Shown here: in pieces, positions 13,104 through 26,369 of the stretch
Layout: each line of letters opens with the position of its first letter
Position numbering within the stretch: the stretch's first letter is position 1
Source of the DNA: Octopus vulgaris
Lineage: Eukaryota
Assembly: GCA_951406725.2 (NCBI GenBank)
Contig: OX597821.1
Coordinates: 76,880,001 to 76,944,000 of the forward strand
Direction of reading: 5' to 3'
DNA: 64,000 bases
Made by a program: the position numbers and the translations under genes
The notes under the pieces: model-generated
Database searches by the model: none
What the model was told of the DNA's origin: nothing
The model's input: only the letters and a program-made list of their open reading frames with translations

Positions 13104-14082
13104 GTTTATTTATTTATCTATTACCTTATGATGAATGTGATGTGATTTGAGGGAAGTGATTTAGCTCCAGCTTCTAGCAGATCGATGCCTCGTTGATTCC
13201 CCCAACGTGCTGTTATTATTTAACCCGCTCTACTCCTCCCTTTGTCAGACCAGAGTGAATCCGCCTATAATCAGACGTTCCGGCCGTGGCTAACCCCACC
13301 CCAGAGATAATTCATCTAAGCATGTAAATGTCACGTACTGCAAAGTCAAATACATTCTTTCTCTCCTTAAGATGGCAGAATGTGATTTCAGGAAAATTGG
13401 CTGCTATTTCTAGCTTGCCAGCGTCTGTTTTATTCTGTTAAGCGTTGATGTGACTGCGAGTGGTTTTGCGGGTCAGACAATGATAATGTGAGGGTCTACA
13501 GTGATTATAGGGGTCAAGTAGAGTGTTTGCTTTGGTCAGTACAGGTTGTATAGGTTTTTCTTTCACTCTTTCTATCTCTACTTCTGCCTCACTGTTTCCC
13601 TGTTTTCTATCTCAGTCTCTCTGTCTCTCTGCTTATTCTCTCTCTTTCTTTCTCTTTCTGTCTCTCCTTCTCTCTCTTTTTTTCTCTCTTTCTCTCTCTT
13701 TAAGGCTTTTACGATACTTTCGTGTGCAGCGAAGCGAAGTGAGTTTTATTTACAAGTTTATTGACAGCAAAATTAAGAGACATTTAAAGACATTGGTGAG
13801 GGGAGGAGAAAGGCGTGGTGTGTGTGTGTATGTCGGGGATGGAGTTTGAGGTGGAGGTGATGTTGGTGTGTAATGAGGAGAACGATAAGAGATTTATAAG
13901 TGAAATGTGAGAGGAAAAAGTGAAAGAGTTACACAGGAAATGATAATTGCTCCAACTTCACGGCACATTGCTAAACAGCGTCGAGTCAATGAGAGATCCT
14001 TTGTATGGTCGATCGACTTCCTAGAAATAGCAGGCAAAATTTTTCTCAAATTACACTTTTATCATTTTATCTTGTATCTTTG

Positions 14083-14266
14083 TCTTTTACTTGTTTCAGT
14101 CATTGGACTGCAGCCATGCTGGGGCACAACCTTGAAGTTTTAGTCGAGTAAATCGACACTAGAAATTAGTTTTTAAAGGCTGGTACTTATTCAATCTCAT
14201 TCAAGTTACGGGGACATAAATGAGCCAATACCGGTTGTCTAGCGGTAGGGGGAATCGACACAAATA

Positions 14267-14303
<37 letters not shown>

Positions 14304-14478
14304 AGGCACAGATACATCGGGCTTCTTTCAGTTTCCGTCTACCAAATCAACTCACAAGGCTTCGGTCGACACGAAACCATAGTAGAAGACACGTGCGCAA
14401 GGTGCCACGCAATGGGACTGAACCCGGAACCATGTGGCTGGGAAGCAAGCTTCTTATACCACAGCCATGCTTGCACCT
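14083..14478 (-). mobile_element. Family B SINE
   Basis: Both halves present around an internal (CA)n. Confidence 0.85.
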
Positions 14479-14560
14479 ATTGTAAAAACAAAAAAAAGTT
14501 GGAGGAGGGGGGAGAAAGAGAAGGGCTAATCGGATATAAAAACGTTTCAAATTTTATCAT

Positions 14561-14722
14561 AGGCGTAGTAATGGATGTATGGTAAGTAGTTTGCTTACAA
14601 ACCACAAGGTTCTGGGTTCAGTCCCACTGCGTGGCACCTTGGGCAAGTGTCTTCTACTATAGCCTCGGGTGACCAAAGTTTTGTGAGTGAATTTGGTAGA
14701 CGGAAACTGAAAGAAGCCCGTC

Positions 14723-14801
<79 letters not shown>

Positions 14802-15000
14802 TTTGCCACCCCCCAACATCGCTTGATAACCGATGCTGGCGTTTACATTCCCGTAACTTAGCGGTTCGGTAAAAGTGACCGATAAAATAAGTACTAGGCT
14901 TACAAAGAATAAGTCCTGGGGTCGATTTGCTCGACTAAAGGTGGTACTACAGTATGGCCACAGTCAGATGACTGAAACAAGTAGAAGAGAATAAAGAGTA
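14561..15000 (+). mobile_element. Family B SINE, full length
   Basis: Matches 5629-6075 end to end. Confidence 0.9.
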
Positions 15001-15009
15001 AGACCAGCA

Positions 15010-15195
15010 GTTTTACGGAAGTGGTGGGGGCTTGTTGATTTCAACATTCCCGGGACTTGAGTGGTACTTTATTTTATCGATCTCGAGATGATGAAACGCA
15101 AGGTCAACCTCGGCGGAATATGAACCCAGAGCATGAACAGCGGGAAAAAACGTCGCTAAGTATTTTGTTCGACACACTAATGATTCTACCAGTTG
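15010..15195 (-). mobile_element. Nin-domain SINE, degenerate
   Basis: tggtactttattttatcga...gatgaaacgcaaggtcaacctcggcggaatatgaac. Confidence 0.7.
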
Positions 15196-15694
15196 GATGT
15201 CATTTATAGTCTCAAATTTTGGCACGGGATCGTCAGTATTAAAGGCGTGAGGAGGTGTTAGTCTGATAAAGATGAAAAAGAAGAAGAAAAGAAGAAAAAA
15301 GAAAAAAAAAAAAAAAAAAAACCGACGGTATAGTCACTACTGAAACAATGGCTATCGCTACTTGATCAGGACTGACCAGGGGGTAACAGCAACAACAACA
15401 AAAGCGTCAGCAGCAGCAGCAGCAGCAGCAATATAATGATAACAACATCAACAACAACTGTGAAGAGGCGTGAATGGCTATTGATGTAAGCGATGAGAAG
15501 AATATAGGGGGAAGGGAAGAATGGGGGGGTGAAAGGTTAATGGAAGCATAGGAATGAAATGAAAGATTTATTTATTGCTAGGCATGAATGGGAGTAGCAG
15601 CAGCAGCCGCAGCAGCATCACCTTTTTAAACAGGTTCTAATATTGGGTTCACATTTTAAAAACAAGGACAGCAAGTGTGAGGGACAGCAAGTGC

Positions 15695-15865
15695 AAGTCT
15701 ATTACATCGACCCGAATGTTCAACTGGTACTTGTTTCATTGACCCCGAAAGGACGGCAAGTAAAGTGGACCTCGGCGGAATTCAGACTCAGAACTCAAAG
15801 ATGGACGAAATGCCGCTAAGCATTTTGCTCCGGCGCGATAACGATACTGCCAGCTCGTCGCCTTA
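15695..15865 (-). mobile_element. Nin-domain SINE
   Basis: caactggtacttg...gaccccgaaagg...cctcggcggaatt...ctgccagctcgtcgcctt. Confidence 0.8.
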
Positions 15866-15940
15866 AGTGAAAAAATATGGAACGTTTCTCGAATTTGTGT
15901 GTCATCATTGCGCGGGGGACGGGGACGATGCAAATTTCTG

Positions 15941-16132
15941 TATCGATCAAATTTTAGTACATGTACGACCGAAGCTAGTACAAAAATTCCAATATTAGTC
16001 GTGGCTTTTTAAAGGCAAAATACAGCTATTGAAGGTTTCCTGGTCGAAATATTAATTTATTTCACAATTTTTCACCAAAATACAGCTATTGAAGGTTTCC
16101 TGGTCGAAATTAATTTATTTCACAATTTTTCA

Positions 16133-16196
<64 letters not shown>

Positions 16197-16257
16197 CTAC
16201 GACTAATAGAATTTTTGTACTTGCTTCGGTCGTACATGTACTAAAATTTGATCGATA
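15941..16257. repeat. Inverted repeat (about 66-bp arms) enclosing a 60-bp tandem duplication and (TA)n
   Basis: Arms 15941-16008 and 16193-16257 are near-perfect reverse complements; 16016-16075 is repeated at 16076-16134. Confidence 0.9.
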
Positions 16258-16299
16258 TATATATGACATGCGTATGTCATTACACCTTCTTTATATATA

Positions 16300-16700
16300 T
16301 AGATTTCATGAAACCATCATCGTTCTCTTCTCCACATCCGCTAGGCCCCACCTCGAATTCTGCTGCCCTTTGTGGTCCCCCTACGAAAAACAAGACATAA
16401 TGAGGATCGAAGCATCACAAAGATATATCACAAAAATAATAAATGGCATAATAGGACTTGATTATTGGGCTCGACTTAAACTGCTGGAGCTCTATTCTCT
16501 GTGAAGCTCCATTCCACGTGGAAAATATTCCACCAATATTATCCAAATGATATTGGTATTATGTTTACAATTCACCCAAGACTAGGCCCCCGTGCAATGC
16601 GTCCCCTACAAAGGTCGAGTTCACATCACATAAGAAAATTGTGACATAATTTCTTCACTGCAAATGGTCCTGCACTTTTCAATGTTATCCCAAAAGAAAT
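16300..16700 (+). mobile_element. CR1/L2-group LINE ORF2 C-terminal fragment
   Basis: IIVLFSTSARPHLEFCCPLWSPYEKQDIMRIEASQRYITKIINGIIGLDYWARLKLLELYSL matches the CR1-type RPHLEYC..WSP..K.DI..LE.VQR..TK motif; contains stops. Confidence 0.85.
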
Positions 16701-16774
16701 ATATATATAGTTCAAATTTAGAGAAAAACAAAAGACGAAGGCAGGTGTAGAAACAACAAGCAATTGTATTAGTT

Positions 16775-16920
16775 TGATGCTGTCCCAACTTTGACCCTCC
16801 ATAAATCCTAAATTCTATTTTATAATTTATAGGCGAAACTGTCTTTGAAAACTCGTGTTGTTGAATGCCCGAAATGAGGAGTAGATAGACAGCCGACAAC
16901 TGATGAAGGGTTCTTTCTCT
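16775..16920 (+). mobile_element. Fragment of the element at 22990-23645
   Basis: ccaactttgaccctcc...cgaaatg.ggagtagat..acagccgacaactgatgaagggtt is shared with the reverse complement of 23105-23240. Confidence 0.75.
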
Positions 16921-18429
16921 GTGCGAGAAGTAAACAGCAGCAGTACGGAATCGTATCACGTTGTACGAGCGCTAATCATTATTTTATCGGTCACGTCTTT
17001 ACAATGAACCAGATTTTCATTCACTTCTCCTGCTTACCTGGTTAAATTCCCTGATTCTGCCTCTTCTTCCATTAAAACTAACTTTTTCACAATTTAACAC
17101 AGCTGGATACCCCGACCTGCAAAATCGCCATCTTGTTCATATTATCTTTACATGCTTTAACATTCCTTCCATTGTTACAAGTATAATTCTCGTCGGCGGC
17201 CATTTTAAAATCGGTTAAAAGGAAAGGTGGGGGGGGTCACGTCAGTATTAAATGTAAACAAGCTTCCCATTAAGACATCGGCAAAACAATTAAAGAAAGA
17301 AGCAAAGGAAGAAATAATCAACGCACCAACAATAAATACAAGAAATGAAAATATAATTATGATAAATAAGAAGCAGAGAATAATGATGGTTATTGGTAGG
17401 TTGCGTGAGGCGATGATATCTCTTGTTTGTAATGCCTTCTTCATAGCGTCGCTTCAAAGAATAATTAGAGAAGATGCAACATCAAATTTTTCGGCGAAGC
17501 AATAATACTAACAAATGATGTTTCTTTAAAATGTTTTCTTATAGTCCTAGTTTCACCTATTCTGAAGGCATCGTCAGTAGTGACTGTTCAAACGGTCAAT
17601 GGTTTGACTAAATTCAACTAGTATATTATTTTTACCATAAAAATCTATTACTGGTTTAGGGAAATGCTAATGCGTATACTAGCAATTAATATAAATAGCT
17701 AGGTGCAATAAAATACCATAAAGGAAAAATGTAATCGTCACCAAATGGGACTAAGCAAGGGTTGACCTGCTTTCTCTTCGGCGGGTCTTACGAATAGCAA
17801 AAAACCACGTACCGGACTTCTCCCACTACAGACAATCCTGAGGTGCGATCTTGCGAGCTCTGGGACGATGATCGCTTCGCTCAACAAATAAACAAACAAA
17901 CAAACAAGCAGCAGCAGCATTAGCATCTCCATTATCGTCGTCGTCATCACCATCAAACCCTGGGCATTACTGTCTTGAGTTTTAGGACTCATAGGGCCGG
18001 TTATCTGGTTCTTGTGGGTATAAGTGACCAAGATCACAATATTCTCCTTGAATGGAACACCAGTCAGTCGCAGGATTATTTATTTACAGCCAAGAGCACA
18101 ACGCACCACCTGATCCGGGAATCGAAACAGCAATTTTGTGATCGTGAATGTAACGCCCCAACCATTGAGCCATACGCCCTCTCTACTGATATTGCCCGGC
18201 TAAAAATATGTTGACATATAGCAGGATCCCGAAGATGACAAACAACTTAATGAATCGCCCTTCTCTTTATAAAAGCCACGTTCTTTTGCGCCACCTCTGT
18301 ATAATATTCTTGAACTACTGATTAGGTGTTGAGAGTTCCGTCATTTAGAATCTTCCGTAGGAAACAGAGATCGAGTAGACGTTACTATTTTGTGATTGAT
18401 GAGGTCACAGGCGCCACTGGACGCCACGC

Positions 18430-18660
18430 AGGCGGCGAGCTGGCAGAAACGTTAGCACGCCGGGCGAAATGCGTTGCCGTATTTCGTTTGCCATTACGTT
18501 CTAGGTTCAAATTCCGCCGAGGTCGACTTTGCCTTTCATCCTTTCGGGGTCGATAAATTAAGTATCAGTTATGCACTGGGGTCGATGTAATCGACTTAAT
18601 CCGTTTGTCTATCCTTGTTTGTCCCCTCTGTGTTTAGCCCCTTGTGGGTAGTAAAGAAAT
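18430..18660 (+). mobile_element. Nin-domain SINE (family C), young copy
   Basis: Near-identical to 35805-36041. Confidence 0.9.
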
Positions 18661-18672
18661 ATATATATGTAT

Positions 18673-18728
<56 letters not shown>

Positions 18729-18732
18729 AAGT

Positions 18733-19020
18733 AAGGCGGCGAGCTGGCGGAATCGTTAGCATGCCGGGCGAAATGCTTAATGGTATTTCGTCTGCGTTTC
18801 GTTGTGAGTTCGAATTCCGCCGAGGTTGACTTTGCCTTTCATCCTTTCGGGGTCGATAAATTAAGTACCAGTTACGCACTGGAGTCGATATAATCAACTT
18901 AATACCTATGTCTGTCCTTGTTTGTCGCCTCTGTGTTTAGCCCCTTGTGGGTAATAAAGAAATAGGTATTTCGTCTGCCGCTACGTTCTGAGTTCAAACT
19001 CCGCCGAGGTCAACCTTGCC
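18733..19020 (+). mobile_element. Nin-domain SINE plus partial internal repeat
   Basis: Full copy followed by a restart at gtatttcgtctgccgctacgttctgagttcaaa. Confidence 0.9.
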
Positions 19021-19734
19021 TAACCCTAACCCTTATAATACGCGAATATTCCCGGTAGAGGCCAAATCATCTCCACCATATAGCTGTCAACTCATAGCAC
19101 CAACAACCGGCAGACGATTCCTTTCCTCAAAAACTACTTGTAACATTAACTTTGGTTGCTCTCGGCAGTGTTCTTCTTGTTGTTGTTGTAGTGGTGGTGG
19201 TGGTTGTGGTGTGGTGATAATGACGGGACTCATTATGTTGGTGGTGTTTCAACGTTAAGGAGTCGGGTTGATTTTTATTACAACTCTTAATATTTAATGC
19301 ATCTTTATATATCTCTAAGCAGCAACGGGCACATAAAACTAACACGCTCCTATAATTATACTTTTATTTCTAATCTCATTCTATTGAGGGTATCCATTAG
19401 TCCCAGGAGGCAGCTTCGTTTAAATGTGTAACTTAAAGCTTAGCTTAATATTTAATTAACGTTAATAATACGTCGAAACTTCTCAATGTAGATTTTTATG
19501 GACCGCAGTAAGAAACATTATTTCGCGTTCTCTAGTTAGTCGCTTTCTATTTGCTTTTTATTTTTCTTTCCTTCTGCTGGGTATGCGTCCAAGATGAATA
19601 ATATGCTACTTAAAAATTCACATTGAAAGATTAACCTGATATATGTACACTTACATATATACGTACATATATACATACATACACACATACGCATCATCGT
19701 TATTATCATCATCATCATCATTATTATTATTATT

Positions 19735-19838
19735 CCTTCGTTACACAGTATAGGTGAAAATGCACCGGAGCTATCTGTCAAGTCTCAGCAAGGACTTGAG
19801 ACAGATAAGACTTTCCTTAAGATGTGCGCTGTGCCCAA

Positions 19839-19839
<1 letters not shown>
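19735..19839 (-). mobile_element. R4/Dong-type non-LTR retrotransposon, extreme 3' end
   Basis: Minus frame ILGTAHILRKVLSVSSPC* plus a short UTR; (TAA)n on both sides. Confidence 0.7.
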
Positions 19840-19887
<48 letters not shown>

Positions 19888-19950
19888 TCAAAATTTTAGA
19901 AAATTGTGATGTCTCCAGATTAATTTAACATCTTGGGAAATTGTCTAGAT

Positions 19951-20294
19951 CAAAGGTTCTTAACCATTTTTTTATCTATAGATCCCTTTAATTACTATTT
20001 TATTCTGGTGGACCTCCATAGTGCCATTCTATGGTTAAAAACTGGTTTTTAGATCTTTTTTCGTATTTTGTTTCCCCCCCATTAACTTGTGTAGGCTGAA
20101 TTATGTAAAATGTTAGAGAAAGAAACTCAGCTGTTTCTTGCAATACATACCAATACATACGTCTAAAGCAATTTTGTTTCGGGGGCCATTAAAAAAATAT
20201 TGTGGATCCCTTGTTTACTATTTTGTTGTGTGGAAACCCCCCCCCCGCTCCCCAAAATTGCATGGAACCTATGGAGCCCGGTTGCGAACCACTT
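19951..20294. mobile_element. hAT (Charlie-like) MITE
   Basis: TIRs caaaggttcttaacc / ggttgcgaaccactt; perfect 8-bp TSD gtctagat (19943-19950, 20295-20302), fitting the nTCTAGAn target. Confidence 0.85.
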
Positions 20295-21080
20295 GTCTAG
20301 ATTGATGTGAGTGGTGTAAAATGAGTGATGACGCATCTAAACGATTTGAGTTGAATAAACAAAACTACAAAAGAATAATATGCTGCAACCAACAGACAGT
20401 TTTTTTCCAATCCGTGACAAAATCAGAATCACCATTGTCGCTATTATGTCTTCACAGCAAAAGACAAACCAGGACTCAAATTACGTCCACTCATCCATCA
20501 CAAATAGATGCAGATTTATTTACTTTTAATCCTTCTTTTTTTTCTTTGTAAATTTTGTCCATCAAACACTCACACGACTAAATCAACGAGGATGACCATC
20601 ATTATTATTATAAGTAGTAAGAATTTCGAAGTTTCAGCATAAATGCAAAGGCGCATAATAAATGTCTCCGAGAGTGTTACGGAATCCTGCGGTCAAAATT
20701 TAGCATCAAATTCAGCAGCATCAAGCAGATGAAAGATAATTCATTCCCTGAGGGTCTGGCTCTTATTTTTTAACATAGACGCAGGAGTGGCTGTGCAGTC
20801 AGTAGCTTGCTTACCAACTACATTGTTCCGGGTCCAGTCCCACTACATGGCACCTTGGGCAGGTGAATTTTATGGTTTATATAACCCCCATGAAATAGTT
20901 CCATCGATCGGATCTCCTGGATTTCAGCTTGTATAGAACTGCATTATACTCTTCCAATGTGATCTGCTAGCCGACTCCGCTAGAGGAGCTTTCTGTGATA
21001 ACCATATGATTTTCTGAACCCATATATTGCACTAAGGATATATACATGTATGTGTGTGTGTGTGCGTGTGGGTGTGTGTA

Positions 21081-21136
<56 letters not shown>

Positions 21137-21669
21137 ATGTAGGATTACATAATGTATGGGTTTTTTTAAAAAAGCACTCGGATGTGATATAATGGCTTTT
21201 TGGTGCATACCAAGGCGAGCAACAACGTACCGGCTCACAGTTCGCTTCATGAGCCCCCTCATATATATCAGGGAGGTGTTATTAACGAACTCCTAATTAA
21301 CATATTGCAGGAAATGCAAAATAGACATATTCTATTGTTTTATTTTTATTTTTGTTTTGTCTTAATTATTTCCATTTAATTATTGTTTTCCCAGCCGCAA
21401 ATGAAACGTGCGTTTGGCCACAACTGTCAGTTGTTAATGGTAGTTCTTCCTTTTCACCCACCACCACCACCACCACTGACACCCATTAAGGATCGCTCCC
21501 TTTCACCCATTACTGACACCCATTAATACCATCGCCTCTCTCGCATCACCACCACCACCACCACCACCTCTACCACCATCTTCAACTGTCAACTGAAGAC
21601 CATCATAGCTCCTCTTTCAGTCACAACTGTCAACACACAATTCACTTCTGCCGAAGCAAAAGTATAAGT

Positions 21670-21683
21670 CTATATACATACAG

Positions 21684-21775
<92 letters not shown>

Positions 21776-22124
21776 ACACAGACACACAGACACACATACA
21801 CACACAAACACACATATGTATATATATATACATATATATATATATTTAGTGTATATGTATGTATATATACAAATATATATATATATATATATTTATAAAT
21901 ATGTACATATATATATATATATATGTACGTATATACAAATAATATATATATATGTATATAAATATATATATATATATACATATATATAAATATATACATA
22001 TATATGGACGTACATACATATAATACACACACACACACACATATATATGCACACATATACACATGCATAAATACATATATATTCTATAATATATGAGAAT
22101 ATGTGTGTGTATATATATATACAT

Positions 22125-22160
<36 letters not shown>

Positions 22161-22280
22161 GCTTAACACACACATACACGCAAACACACACGTACACACA
22201 CTCATACAAACACATGCTTACACACACACATACACACACTCATACACACACATGCTTACACACACATACACATATATATT
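21670..22280. repeat. Compound (CA)n/(TA)n microsatellite
   Basis: Seen directly. Confidence 0.95.
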
Positions 22281-22562
22281 CTCAGGATTCAGGATGCTAA
22301 CGTAGTGAATGGTAACAGGGGAAGAGATAACGGTCGATCTGTTATCTTTGTTACAAACGAGGCTTTAAAAAGCAACCGGCTTCTGTCGTGTCAGGCGTGC
22401 ACATATGGAGCAATTAACCAAAAGCCGGCGGAGAAACAGACATTAAGATATTCGAAGCTAAGCTGTCCAAAATAAAGCTTAAAGCTAGTGTTACATGTAC
22501 GAGAACATACATAACTCATGCACACACACACACAATACACACGCACGCATATACAAACACGT

Positions 22563-22622
<60 letters not shown>

Positions 22623-22777
22623 ACTTACACGTGTAAATATATTTCTGCCTGTAAATTTACTTATATATATATATTACAAATAAGAAAATGGAGAAGCACA
22701 TTAGTTGGTTCATCAGCTTTAGGATATCAAAATGTTGACTTATCTATTTATCAAAACGACAACCATAATAACAAACA

Positions 22778-22842
<65 letters not shown>

Positions 22843-22875
22843 CATGCATATATATATATAGAGAGAGAGAGAGAC

Positions 22876-22919
<44 letters not shown>

Positions 22920-22989
22920 GTGTATGAGTGTGCGCGCACACATATATCATTAACATTATATCTATATATATATACATATATATATGCAT

Positions 22990-23484
22990 ATATGGGTACT
23001 GGACGTCACAAAACGTAAACAACATGAAATACGAAAACATGGATTACGAACTTTTGTATGTGAACAATGAAAGAAACAAATGGAAAACAATACAAGTTAC
23101 ATAAAGAACAACCCTTCATCAGTTGTCGGCTGTTCATCTACTCCACATTTCGAGCAATTCACCTTCGATGTGCCTTCGAGAAAACAGTTACTCCCGCGAA
23201 CCAAAATAAAATTTGGGATTTGCGGAGGGTCAAAGTTGGTAAGGAAAACAGGACAGTGAAAACAAAACAGTGAAAATAAACAGTATGGGCTGCTGAGCCA
23301 TACGAGGTAAGGTGGCGAACGCTTGAGGAACAAGCTTTGACAGGAGAAAAGATAGGAAAGTAGACAGACAAGAATGCGTCTGATCTGTGCGGCAGACCGA
23401 AAGAAAAGAAAGATGATCAAGTGGGGAAAAGAAAAATGGCCGATGGTTGTGTGTGAGCAACGAGGGAGTTAAAGGAGGGTGAGT

Positions 23485-23522
<38 letters not shown>

Positions 23523-23642
23523 CAGACAGAAAACGGTGAAGGGAGAAAAAGAATTAGAGAAAGGTGGAGAGAGAAAACAAAAGGGGGGGGGGGAGAGAAA
23601 GAACTACAAGGTAGAGTCGCATAGAAATTATTAAGATAAACT

Positions 23643-23645
<3 letters not shown>
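22990..23645 (-). mobile_element. Non-coding (TA)n-inserted element with CT-rich tract (possibly Penelope-related)
   Basis: Bounded by (TA)n; partial copy at 16775-16920; same architecture as 61862-62712. Confidence 0.6.
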
Positions 23646-23689
<44 letters not shown>

Positions 23690-23693
<4 letters not shown>

Positions 23694-24590
23694 GTGCGGT
23701 GAATAAACTGTCGTCTAAATTACGCAAAAATGAAAATAATTCTGACATTTCATTTTAATGGATATATTTACCAAAATTATGTAGATATATCTTGAAATAC
23801 TAAAGAATAAATTTACTCAATAAAACGCCATTGGCTTCAACCACGGCCTCCAGACGACTTCGGAATCTTCTGCAACTCTTCTGGACGGTCTCCTTGTCTA
23901 AGTTGGTGAATGCTGCCATAATCCTTGCCTTCAGTTCATCTTTGGTGTTACAAGGAGTTTTGTTGGTCTCTCGCTCAACTGCGCCCCACACACAATAATC
24001 AAGGAGGTTGCAGTCTGGGGAGTTACGTTGCCAGATGTTAGGGGTGGTTGCAGAAATTTTCTGTGGCGATAACTTGGTTCTCCTACTTGTGTGGCATGGT
24101 GCAAAGTCCTGTTGCCCGACATATGGTCTTCAAGCAGCCACCCTCCTGACCGAGGACAGCACCACCTCCACTAAACACTTGATGTTAGCCTCCGTGTTGA
24201 GTGTGAGGCTGTACGGAAAGAAATGGAGGCATAACGTTGCCATCACTAGCGATCACTCCAAACACTATGATGTTGACTGGATGTTTGATTTAGCACTCTC
24301 GGAACATATTTGATTTATCACTCGGGACATGTTTTGGGGACACCGCGAGCCAACGGTCATTTTGTATGGTCACCATTTACTCGTATTGGAGCTTCCGGCG
24401 CGAATGCCAGGCAGTACAGCATGTCGTTTCCAAATTTCTGGCAGAGTGAAATGCGTCATGGTACTGTTTTTCTCACAGACAGTGCCCGACCGTCCCTACT
24501 ATACTGTGTAGTCGACAAAATCCAAAATAAACAAAGCGCATGTGCGAAATTAAAAATATAAAATTGCAACAATTTACCCATCTCACCCTG
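23690..24590 (-). mobile_element. Tc1/mariner transposon, internally deleted, pseudogenised transposase
   Basis: QQDFAPCHTS...NSPDCNLLDYCVWGAVERETNKTPCNTKDELKARIMAAF...RFRSRLEAVVEANG; imperfect TIRs cagagtgcggtgaataaactgtcg / caacaatttacccatctcaccctg; inserted at TA. Confidence 0.9.
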
Positions 24591-24699
24591 GGATGTGTAA
24601 ACTCAATCTAAGAATTACGTCAAAGGTACATTTCTTTCAGGAACACTCAACCATTTACACGTTAAGTTCGCGAGTAAGAATTCAAGTGAATAACTGAAT

Positions 24700-25190
24700 G
24701 TTCAAATCCCACCGAGGTCGGCTTTGTTTTTCACTCTTCCAGGGTCAATAAAATAAGTACCAGTTGCGCACTGGGGTTAATGTAATCGATTACACCCCTA
24801 CTTCAAAATTTCAGGCCTTATGCCCATTATTGAAAGGGTTACTAATATGTTTAAGGCGGCGAACCGGCAGGATCTTTAGCATATTCGATTCATTACGTTC
24901 TGAATGCAAATTCTGCCGAGATTAACTTTGGTTTTCCTCCTTTCAGGATTGATGAAATAAAGTACCAGCCATATGATGGGGTCACTATTAAGGACTATTC
25001 ACCTGCCTCCAAAATTGCAGGCCTTGTGCCTAAATTAGAAACAACTGAGCGGTGGATTGACAGAATCTTTAGAGCGGCGAAAAATTAGTTTCGTTGTGTT
25101 TTGTTTCTCTGGTTCCTTACTAATTACTTTCGCATCCGCTGATATCAATTTGTATTTCATCCTTCTGGGTCGATAAATAAAATACTATTC
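24700..25190 (+). mobile_element. Cluster of three degenerate tandem Nin-domain SINEs
   Basis: Repeated gttcaaat...ccgaggtcg.ctttg...gtc.ataaaataagtaccag motifs. Confidence 0.7.
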
Positions 25191-25380
25191 AAACGATACA
25201 ATGGACTAACCGTTATGGCGTGTTTACGGATTGCGGTCAAGTCCCACCCGGGTCCATGCGATCTTTCAAATTCGGTAAAATAAAATACTGCTGCTATAGT
25301 GGGGGCGGCTTAAACCATGATACTCACCCAAGTAAATTTCCGTCCTTGGCCCTATGTTAAACTTCATCATCATCATCATT

Positions 25381-25593
25381 AAGGCAGGTAGCTGACGGAA
25401 TCGTTAGCCCGCCGGGCGAAATGCTGAGCAGCATTTTGTCTGTCTTTACATTCTGATTTCCAATTCCGCCGTGGTCGACTTTGTCTTTCATCCTTCCGGT
25501 TTAGATAAAATAATACCAGTTGAACACTGGGGGTCGATGTAATCGACTCATCCCCTCCTCCAAATTTCTGCCCTAGTGGCAAAATTTGAAACA

Positions 25594-25595
<2 letters not shown>
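25381..25595 (+). mobile_element. Nin-domain SINE with (ATT)n tail
   Basis: Family C consensus followed by (TTA)n at 25594-25671. Confidence 0.85.
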
Positions 25596-25670
<75 letters not shown>

Positions 25671-25671
<1 letters not shown>

Positions 25672-25873
25672 TTCTGCTCTAGGCACAAGGCCCGACATTT
25701 TTGGGGAGGGGGACCAGTCGATTAGCTCGACTCCAGTACGCAACTGGTACTTAATTTATTGACCCGGAAAAGCAAAGTCGATCTCGGTGCAATTTGAACT
25801 CACAACGTAGACAGACGAAATACTGCTAAGCATTTCACCCGACATGCTAACGTTTCTGCCAGCTCGCCGCCTT
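25671..25873 (-). mobile_element. Nin-domain SINE
   Basis: Ends ctgccagctcgccgcctt on the + strand. Confidence 0.85.
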
Positions 25874-25884
25874 AACCACTATTA

Positions 25885-25961
<77 letters not shown>

Positions 25962-26033
25962 GTCATTATCATTATTATTATTATCATTATTATTATTATT
26001 ATCATCCTCATCATCATCTTCATGATCGTTATT

Positions 26034-26240
26034 AAGGCGGCGAGCCAGTAAAATCGTTAGCACGACCCACAAAATGGTTTCATTCGTCTTTATGTTCTGA
26101 ATTCAAATTTTAGCGAGGTCGACTTTGCCTTTCATTCCTTCGGGGTCGATAGAATAAGTACCAGTTGCATACTGGAGTCGATGTAATCCGACTAATCTCT
26201 ACACCTCTAAAGTTCAAGGATTGTGCTTATAGCAAAAAGG
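26034..26240 (+). mobile_element. Nin-domain SINE with (ATT)n tail
   Basis: aaggcggcgagcc...gaggtcgactttgcctttcattccttcggggtcgatagaataagtaccag. Confidence 0.85.

Positions 26241-26369
<129 letters not shown>

Noticed and set aside
25560-25671. Nin SINE mobilised by the Dong-like elements
   Set aside because: The SINE tail is (ATT)n on its sense strand whereas the Dong-like ends are (AAT)n, and I see no shared 3' sequence.
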